From NCBI GenBank assembly GCA_963841435.1, contig CAWJCS010000001.1, positions 288,001 to 352,000 on the forward strand: a stretch of 64,000 bases of DNA. Reading direction: 5' to 3'. Position numbers and translations under genes: made by a program. Of the stretch, positions 58,354 through 64,000 are shown piece after piece. This DNA is from an uncultured delta proteobacterium (lineage in GTDB: Bacteria > Myxococcota_A > Polyangia > Polyangiales > Polyangiaceae). Positions within the stretch are counted from its first letter, which is position 1, and every line of letters begins with the position of its first letter. Below the pieces are notes generated by a model. The model was not told the DNA's origin. It worked only from the letters and a program-made list of their open reading frames with translations, and did no database searches.

Positions 58354-60151
58354 CTATCCGGGCCCCGCGCGAGACAGGATGATGCCGCGCTCGCCGACCG
58401 CGAACGCGCGCCCGTCGGGCGCCGTCGCCAGGGCATTGAGCGGAACCCTGATGTCGTCTCCGAGCGGGTGATTGCCGGGCCCCGTGTAGGAGCAGAGAGT
58501 CCATGCGTCGTCGGCCGCGAGCGGCACCACGCTCGGCTGATCTTCGGAGCCGCCGCCGGAGCCGGGGCACTCACCTTTCCTCTTGGCCCACCGGTCGCCA
58601 TCCCAGCCGATGAGCGCGTCGTTCTGTCCGGCCACGAGCCCCCAGCTCGGGACTCCGATCGCGAGTGCATGACGCGGCCCCGTACCGCGCACGCGGAGCA
58701 GCGTGTGCTCGGTCGGGCTGGGCAGCTCGGCCCAGCGCTCGCCATCGAAATGCAGGATCGTTCCGCGCTCACCGACCGCCCATACGTCACCCGCCCTGCT
58801 GCCCCACAAGCCGCGCAGCGTCGCCCTGGTCGGCGAGGCTCGCATCTCCAGAGCTTGGCCGTCGAAGTGAAGCAGCGTCCCGTCGGCCCCGGCGAACCAG
58901 AACGTCGTCAGCGTTGCTGCCCCAGACGCCGTAGAGGTTCCGGCTCACACCGCTCGGAACCACCTTCCAACCCGCGCAGTCGCGCTGGAGCACGGTGCCC
59001 GCGTCGCCGACGGCCCACGCCGAGCAACCGCTCCCCGCCCAGACGCCGTTCAACGCGGCGTCGCTGACCGTCTTACGAGCCGGCGTCCACGAGCGCCCGT
59101 CCCAGTGCAGGAGCATGCTGTCACCGACCGCCCAGGCATCGTCGTGGCTCGTGCCCCACACGTCCCAGAGCTCTCCGCGCGTCCCGCTGTCGAAGGCTTC
59201 GAAGCTCGTGCCATCGAAATGGTAGAGAGCGCCGCCCTTGCCGACCACCCACACGTCGTCGTCACTCGCGCCCCAGATCGAACGCAAGAGCGGCCGCGCC
59301 TTGCGCGGCGTCGCCGCATCCGGAACCGGCAGAACGACCCAACTCCCGTTGCGCCACGCCTGAACGACACCAAAGATCGGAGCGCGCACGAGCACGAGGC
59401 TTGACTCGCGCGTGCCCCCGAAGGTGCGACCGACCGGGCTCGGCAGCCCCGCCATCTTGAACGTGCCGTCCCAACCCGAGCCGTCGGGGCGCGGTGTCGC
59501 GACGCCACCGCTCGCCGTGCGGTAAGTGAACCACTGGCACACCATTGCGCGGCAGGAGCTCGGCAATCGCTCCGTCCAGCGCGTCCCGTCGAAGGTGGAC
59601 ACGGCTCCACGGTCGGTGAGGATCCATGGCGTGCCCTGCTCGGAGAACCCGCCCACGACCTCGCGCTCGCCGATGCGAGATGGTGCATCGGGCAGCTTCG
59701 TCCAGCGCCGGCCGTCGAAGTGCCTGGGCCAGACGCCGATGGCATAGACGTCGTTCGGCGCGCGACCGAAGAGCTGGTCGCTCACGAAGAGCTCCGGGAG
59801 GTCAACGCGCGACCAGCGCGTACCGTCGAAGTGGAGCAACACGCCTTCCTCGCCGGATGCCCAATAATCGTCGGGTGCGGAGCCCCAGACCGCTCGCATC
59901 GCCTCTCCGTGCGGTAGCGGGTTCTCCCAGCACCACCGCCGCATGCAGTCACCGCGCGGCACGGCGTCCGCGGCAGACTTCGGCTCTTGGGCGACCTCGA
60001 GCGCGGGCGTCGCGCTCTTTACCGGTGCCGGCGAAGCGCTCGAAGGCCGCGGGACGACCCGCACCCGGCTCGCGCAGCCCGCGCCGAAGACGACCCCAGC
60101 GACGACGATGACCGCGAGCCTGTCCGACATGGTGACCGAATTGTGACGCAT
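58354..60151 (-). pseudogene. Myxobacterial beta-propeller-repeat lipoprotein, frameshifted near 58850-58900
   Basis: Lipobox FGAGC; repeated VWGS..DDVWAVG..G..LHFDG..W; repeats continue in another frame to 58354. Confidence 0.7.
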
Positions 60152-60549
60152 CACACCCTGCTTGCTTTGGGTAGCAGAACGACAAAGCAGCCGGATCACC
60201 GCGACAAGCGCGCGCGTGCGCGCGATGGCGGGCTCGCCGAAGGCGACGTTTGGGTCCGCCGCCACTCCCAGCACATCTCGGCCCGCATGCGCTCCCTGAA
60301 CCACCGCGCGGCGTCCACCTTCACCATTTTCCTTCACCTTCACCGCATCCCCTCCCGGACGCGCTCCCTCGCAGAAGAGCTTGCTCTCGCGAATGAAGGA
60401 TCCTCACATCGTGTGGGCGGACGACGCTTGCGACTCCAGCCCGTCGACGACAGTGGTCGTCTGCGATGAGTGAGATGTCTTGCTGCCCGCGCTGGTTCGT
60501 CGGCCGCCACGAGCTGCGCATCGGACACGCTTCCCTCAGTGCTGCAGGA

Positions 60550-60804
60550 TCACCGGCAACGATAGATCTCGCCCGGCCACGCCGAACGAGGCAGCGTGGA
60601 AGAGCCGCCACGAAGTGCCTGGTGATGTTCGATGAGGCGGACGGCGGCGGCGAGCCTCTGCTCGGGCGTGCACTCCGCATACGGTGATTCCTTCCGCTGC
60701 CCGAGCGAAACGACTTCGACGGTCATGCGCGCTCGCCGTGCGGCGGCTCTGACCTTGCGGGCTTCGCATCGCTGAATCGTATCATGTCGCTCGCTGCCCT
60801 TCAT
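60550..60804 (-). CDS. Small protein of the type preceding DUF6036 NTases; coupled partner truncated (MILQH*)
   Basis: RRARMTVEVV...CTPEQRLAAAVRL; GTGA overlap at 60550-60553. Confidence 0.5.
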   Translation of the reverse strand: MKGSERHDTIQRCEARKVRAAARRARMTVEVVSLGQRKESPYAECTPEQRLAAAVRLIEHHQALRGGSSTLPRSAWPGEIYRCR

Positions 60805-60917
60805 GCTGCGAGACTCTCGCAATCGTTGGGCCGCCCAGGTCGCCGCTCCGTGGGATCTTGCGCCCGAGGCTCGCTTGACGGAGCGTCGGCGCCGCTCGAC
60901 CTCAGAGAAATCAACCC

Positions 60918-62153
60918 GTGACCCCCCTCCTCCCCATCTTCCTGATTGTCGTGGTCAACGTGCTCGCGCTCACGATCATGCTCCCGCTCTTGCCGTTCTA
61001 CGCCGAGCACTTCGGAGCCACCCCCACCCTGGTAGGCCTGCTCGTCGGAACCTACGCGCTCTGCCAGCTCCTCGCGGGTCCCGTCCTCGGCCAAATCTCG
61101 GACCGCATCGGGCGCAAGCCGGTCCTCGCCCTGAGTCAGGTCGGGACGTTCGCTGGCCTCTTGGTGCTCGCCTGGGCCCCGAATCTCGCCTTCGTCTTCT
61201 TGGGGCGGGTCATCGACGGGCTCACCGCCGGCAATCTCTCGACTGCACAAGCGTACATCGCGGACACCACCCCCCCGAAAGACCGCGCCCGGGCCTTTGC
61301 GTTGATCGGCATTGCGTTCGGCATCGGATTTCTCGTGGGGCCCGGCGCGTCGGGCTACCTCACGCACCATTTCGGCTTCCGTGTCCCCATCCTCGGCGCG
61401 GCGGGCCTCTCGTTCGTGAGCATCCTCGGCACGACGTTCCTCTTGCCGAACGAGTCGGCCATCCGGCAAGGCTCGGGCGGTCCGGCGAGCGGCGCAGCGG
61501 CGGGGCCCGGGGGCCGACGCATTCGCGTGCTCGATTGGGGCTCCTACGTCGTCTTCTTCCGGCGTCCGCTGCTGGGCGCGCTCCTGCTCGAATTCTTCTT
61601 TTTCACGTTCGCGTTCGCGATGTTCACCTCGGGGGCCGCCCTCTTCGCCGAGCGCCGTTTCACCTGGCACGGCGCACCGTTCGGACCGAAGGAAGTCGGG
61701 TACCTGTTCATGTATTCCGGCTTCGTCGGGATCGTCGTCCAGGGGGCGCTGCGCCAGGGCACGCTCGTGCGCAAAGTGCGCGAGCCGCGCTTGCTGCTCG
61801 GGGGATTCATCGGCGCAGCGGCGGGCTACGCACTGCTCGGGGCGGCGCACGGCGTCGGGCTGCTGGTGCTGGCCGCAACCATCGCCTCGGTGGGGACGGG
61901 CCTGCTCCGTCCGGTCTTGACCAGCCTCATCACTCAGCAAGTGGACCGCAACGAGCAGGGTGTCGTGCTCGGCCTGAACCAATCGCTGATGTCCGTTTCT
62001 CAGATCGCGGGTTCGGCGCTGACCGGTGCGCTCATCGACCGGCACTGGCTCACGCCGTGGGCCATGCTGGCTGCGGCCAGCATGCTGGCCGGCGCCCTTT
62101 CGAGCTGGCGAGGCGTTCGCCTCCGTCAGCGTCGGGACGCGGAGACCGCCTGA
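60918..62153 (+). CDS. MFS transporter, TetA/DHA1-like
   Basis: About 12 hydrophobic segments; GQISDRIGRKPVL (motif A); AQAYIAD; GFLVGP. Confidence 0.92.
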   Translation: MTPLLPIFLIVVVNVLALTIMLPLLPFYAEHFGATPTLVGLLVGTYALCQLLAGPVLGQISDRIGRKPVLALSQVGTFAGLLVLAWAPNLAFVFLGRVIDGLTAGNLSTAQAYIADTTPPKDRARAFALIGIAFGIGFLVGPGASGYLTHHFGFRVPILGAAGLSFVSILGTTFLLPNESAIRQGSGGPASGAAAGPGGRRIRVLDWGSYVVFFRRPLLGALLLEFFFFTFAFAMFTSGAALFAERRFTWHGAPFGPKEVGYLFMYSGFVGIVVQGALRQGTLVRKVREPRLLLGGFIGAAAGYALLGAAHGVGLLVLAATIASVGTGLLRPVLTSLITQQVDRNEQGVVLGLNQSLMSVSQIAGSALTGALIDRHWLTPWAMLAAASMLAGALSSWRGVRLRQRRDAETA

Positions 62154-62181
62154 CGGCTCACCCCCCTGAGCGCAGTGTCCG

Positions 62182-62400
62182 TCACATCCGATCCGGATCG
62201 ATGTCCATGGTCTGCCCCGCGTGGAGCTCAGCCAGCGCTTCGTCCGCCAAGTCGCCGAGCGCCGGCCCCGACTGCTCGAACAGCCTGCCCCAGCGCCCTT
62301 CCGATGCCAGCTCCGCCGCCAGCCACTTGGCGATGCGATCCTGCTCCTCCGCCGGAAGCCGCGAAAGCTGCGCGAGCACGCTGTCGAGGGCCTGAGTCAT
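62182..62400 (-). CDS. Orphan antitoxin-like small protein
   Basis: MTQALDSVLAQLSRLPAEEQDRIAKWL...LADEALAELHAG, a type usually followed by a RelE/ParE-like toxin, absent here. Confidence 0.65.
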   Translation of the reverse strand: MTQALDSVLAQLSRLPAEEQDRIAKWLAAELASEGRWGRLFEQSGPALGDLADEALAELHAGQTMDIDPDRM

Positions 62401-62939
62401 GAGGAAAAGGTTGCGCCATCGACGGGGGGCAACAAGGTCGCTGAAGGCTTTGATGGCGTCTACCCTCCGAGAGACGACCCGTCTCGGCTCACGGCCACGA
62501 GACCCTGTTGACGACCGAGGGCTCGAAGACGAGGGCTGCCGAGCGCGACGCTCGAGGCGAAACCTCAGGGGCCGAGATCGCTGCAGCACCGGAAGCCGAT
62601 GTTGTCGGCGCGCGTGTCGCGCGTCGTCCAGCAGTTCTGAAGGTGAATGTGAATGAAGATCGTCGATCTGGGTTGCTACTGCGGGGATGGATCCCCCGTG
62701 GGTTGCGGCGAGGGCGAGAGCTGCTGTCTGAACATTGGCTATGTCTGCCACCCCGAAGTTCCCGAGGGCGACCGGTGCCTCGGGGACCCATAGCGTTTCG
62801 CAGATCATCGCGGAGTCTCGAGCGCAGTGTGCGCCGCGGAACGGCTCTCGCAGCCTCATCGACCACGCCGTGCCCTTGGCGTAGACTTGGAATCGTGCTG
62901 CTCCCCTTCGACCGAGACCGACTAGCCAAGCGCAACGCA

Positions 62940-63212
62940 ATGGACGACGCGGACGCAGCATGCGCCGTCGCGCACCGCTCCCCTCGGCAAGGCATGCTCG
63001 AGGTTCTCGAGCTCAGTGACGTGGTGCGAAAGCTCGCTCTCGCCGCGGGTTCGGCGCAGCAACCGGTCGAGGATCTGGCGGAGAAGGCGCGCCTGTACGT
63101 CGCCCCGCTCCGCGCGGCCCGAGCAAAATGACCCTGGCACTCGAGCGCGCGCTGACGGCGGCGATCGACGCGCTGGACGCGCTCGGGCTTCGCTACGCCA
63201 TCGTGGGCGGGC
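62940..63212 (+). pseudogene. Small gene plus ATGA-coupled truncated nucleotidyltransferase
   Basis: ...EKARLYVAPLRAARAK*, then MTLALERALTAAIDALDALGLRYAIVGG, where similarity ends. Confidence 0.5.
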
Positions 63213-63222
63213 CCTCGCACAC

Positions 63223-63678
63223 TCACGAACGCGCGCCGAGCATGGGGCGGTAAGCGCTGCGGTGCTTCCAGGCGAGCGTGAGCTCGAGGGCGAGCAGCAC
63301 GAGCGCGAGCCCGAGGCCCGAGGGCGCGAGGAACGCGTGGAAGAGAACGATGTTGACCATGACGGGCGCGAGGAGCGCGAGCGCGAGCGGTACGAAGCGG
63401 TTCGTCAAGAGCAGCGCGCCGACCAGCACCTCCGTGCCCTTCACGAGCTGGAACATGTAGCCGGTTCCGACGAGGGCGCTCGCGAACGCAACGGAGCCCT
63501 GGGGCATCGTGCTCGGATCCGGTTTCGGGACGAAATTCAGGAAGCCATCGAGCCCGAAGCCGAAGAACACGAGTCCGAGCAAGACTCGCGCGACCGTCGG
63601 CGCGTGACGCCGGAACGTGATCGCCCGGTTGAACGTGGGCGTGGCGAGGGCTGAGCCCCCGAGCGAGGCAGAGTGCAT
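63223..63678 (-). CDS. DoxX-family membrane protein
   Basis: [42 protein letters not shown]. Confidence 0.85.
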   Translation of the reverse strand: MHSASLGGSALATPTFNRAITFRRHAPTVARVLLGLVFFGFGLDGFLNFVPKPDPSTMPQGSVAFASALVGTGYMFQLVKGTEVLVGALLLTNRFVPLALALLAPVMVNIVLFHAFLAPSGLGLALVLLALELTLAWKHRSAYRPMLGARS

Positions 63679-63895
63679 GATTTTTTCTCCGGGTTGTGCC
63701 GAGCGTGTCGGCGTTCAACCAGGCGACGAACGGGCGGCTCCCAGAACGACACGCGGCGCGAAGATTTTTTCGATAGTTCACAACCCCCGGAAATCATTGC
63801 GGGCGACACGCGATGCCGATCGCGTCTCGCATGGGATCGTGAAGGTGACCCCGCGGAGGATTGACGCGCCGGCGGGGGCGGGCGACGCGCGCGGG

Positions 63896-64000
63896 ATGTC
63901 CCGGGTCGGTCGCAACGAGCCGTGTCCTTGTGGGAGCGGCAAGAAATACAAGCATTGCCACGGGCGGACGGAACCGGAAGCCGCGGGCGAGTTGGTCGTT
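63896..64000 (+). CDS. SEC-C motif protein, runs off the window
   Basis: [23 protein letters not shown]. Confidence 0.85.
   Translation, partial: MSRVGRNEPCPCGSGKKYKHCHGRTEPEAAGELVV

Noticed and set aside
1-64000. tRNA, rRNA, integrase or integron attC array explaining the island
   Set aside because: None was recognised by eye; tRNAscan-SE, Infernal and IntegronFinder would be needed to exclude them.

Overview
This is a high-GC (about 70%) window that looks myxobacterial (Polyangiaceae-like), judged from Gly-rich lipoproteins and a kinase-TPR/PEGA operon. It is dominated by an anti-phage defence island. The core is a complete type 2 BREX/Pgl operon on the minus strand (pglW, pglX, pglY, pglZ, brxD, brxHI; about 31.6-52.6 kb). 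It has an extra unknown leader gene and two cargo genes (a DUF3883-type nuclease and an AlbA_2/Schlafen-HATPase protein) between pglX and pglY, next to a chimeric pglY/pglX scar. pglX alone is riddled with indels. Also present are McrBC (McrB fused to Mrr_N), a SauUSI-like PLD-helicase-DUF3427 protein, a partial HerA/DUF87 ATPase, two EEP nucleases, and an unannotated coupled gene pair whose small gene has an ADP-ribosyltransferase-like motif pattern (best candidate for a new system). There are two intact IS elements: IS630 with a TA duplication and slippery site, and IS66 with an 8-bp TSD that cuts a TPR/PEGA gene off its start codon. The spacers between genes hold many gene remnants: duplicated 3' ends of defence genes and TA modules whose toxins are truncated. 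No CRISPR array, rRNA or tRNA was recognised. Family names come from motif recognition by eye, not from database searches.
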